Source: a virus
Virus record (IMG/VR): IMGVR_UViG_3300046318_000171
Span: 27,239 to 91,238 of that record
DNA length: 64,000 nt
Reading direction: 5' to 3' (one strand)
The notes under the pieces are model-generated. The model was not told the origin of the DNA, ran no database searches, and was given only the letters and a program-made list of their open reading frames with translations. Position numbers and translations under genes: made by a program. Positions 63,257 to 64,000 of the stretch are shown here, one piece after another (positions within the stretch are counted from its first letter, which is position 1; each line of letters begins with the position of its first letter).

Positions 63257-63945
63257 TAGTTGTACTCCTTACGTACCCAACGCTTTTTCTTGTAAGTGTT
63301 CTTTGGCTGCCTTACTAGCGTGCCCTGTTTTCCGTACTCGTTGACTAGTGACTGGTCGTACTTGGCCAACCAAGACGCTCGTTTAATAGGGATTATTTGA
63401 GCGATTGGGGTTCCTGCTGGGATGGTGCCAATAAAGTCTGCTTTTAAATAGAAAGGAACGTTGCCATTAGCCCAGAACTTGTCGCTGTCCATGATTCCAG
63501 ACATCGTAGTAAACGGCAAATCGAATCTGTTTAGTGGGTGGCAAATCAGGGCGCTCCATCCACGGGGTAGCCTAAGACCCCATTCGTTAGCCCATACTAG
63601 ATGGTTATCTAGGTGACCCGCTGGGGTGGGGATTAACTCACCTAATTCTTTAGGTCTTTCAGCAACAAAGTGACCCAGCTCTTCTGGGCCGTTCCACCCA
63701 AGACGCAGCGTGCCGTCATCATTTCTAGAAACATAGATGTCTACAGGGGTTACGAGGGTGTACCCACTAAGCATGGCGTCCAAGAATGGTACACAAGTTT
63801 TAAGGCCGTGCTTCTCCACGCCATCTCGCTTATCTACAAACGTGGTTTCCGATTTGCGGTACCACTCTGGTAGGAAGTGCTTGATGGCTAGGGGCTTGCC
63901 TATTTGAACTCTAGTGTTCTGAGAAGTAAAGGTTATGAACTTCAT
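63256..63945 (-). CDS. dUTPase-fold-like protein (DUF6065-like), paralog 1
   Basis: K.CVPFLD....GY; HP.NR.DLPF; SGIMDSD; IPAGTPIAQIIP.KR. Confidence 0.75.
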   Translation of the reverse strand: MKFITFTSQNTRVQIGKPLAIKHFLPEWYRKSETTFVDKRDGVEKHGLKTCVPFLDAMLSGYTLVTPVDIYVSRNDDGTLRLGWNGPEELGHFVAERPKELGELIPTPAGHLDNHLVWANEWGLRLPRGWSALICHPLNRFDLPFTTMSGIMDSDKFWANGNVPFYLKADFIGTIPAGTPIAQIIPIKRASWLAKYDQSLVNEYGKQGTLVRQPKNTYKKKRWVRKEYN

Positions 63946-64000
63946 TTAAGTGCTCCATGTTAGTTAGTCTATTCGATTGTAACTGAGTCGATTGTGTTTA

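Larger units (their letters stand above)
1..64000. mobile_element. Segment of an actinobacterial myovirus genome
   Basis: Sheath, tube, baseplate and tape measure genes plus a phage replication module; two WhiB genes; dense coupled ORFs; no host housekeeping operons. Confidence 0.95.

Noticed and set aside
8670-63873. Many antisense and alternate-frame ORFs in the track (for example 10962..11573, 46428..47135, 33261..33761)
   Set aside because: They are shadows of well-supported - strand genes, with no SD or recognisable motifs
1-64000. Stop-codon reassignment, introns/inteins, tRNAs, or a diversity-generating retroelement
   Set aside because: Core genes are full length in the standard code and all three stop codons are used; no intein or intron interruptions, cloverleafs, reverse transcriptase or TR/VR pair were seen by eye

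Overview
The window is a 64-kb segment of a large, probably lytic, contractile-tailed (myovirus) dsDNA phage of Actinobacteria. It encodes two WhiB proteins and an SSB that looks like Microbacteriaceae SsbB, which points to a possible freshwater Microbacteriaceae host. Positions 1-8.3 kb (+ strand) form an early-type arm: an amidoligase plus class II glutamine amidotransferase pair, SSB, about 25 translationally coupled acidic microproteins, an orphan HicA-like gene and WhiB. A bidirectional terminator at 8.35 kb separates this arm from the rest, which is all on the - strand. In coordinate order the - arm holds a class II RNR; a nucleotidyltransferase/HAD/degenerate TGT-fold module; a block of large low-complexity proteins; SpoVS; a replication and recombination module (RuvC, Cas4-like nuclease, RecA, PolA, SNF2 helicase, primase, DnaB, DnaC, HTH initiator with a candidate origin); baseplate, tape measure, tube and sheath genes; about 11 Lys-rich microproteins; and a Cys-rich fibre gene next to two protein-type glycosyltransferases, a methyltransferase, twin six-Cys proteins and twin dUTPase-fold proteins. 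The best candidates for undescribed biology are the putative fibre maturation/glycosylation locus, the NTase-HAD-TGT-fold module, a non-canonical +1/-2 frameshift in the tail chaperone, and the basic microprotein cluster. All family assignments come from motif recognition by eye; no searches were run. No tRNA, rRNA, CRISPR array, integrase, capsid or terminase large subunit was seen in this window.
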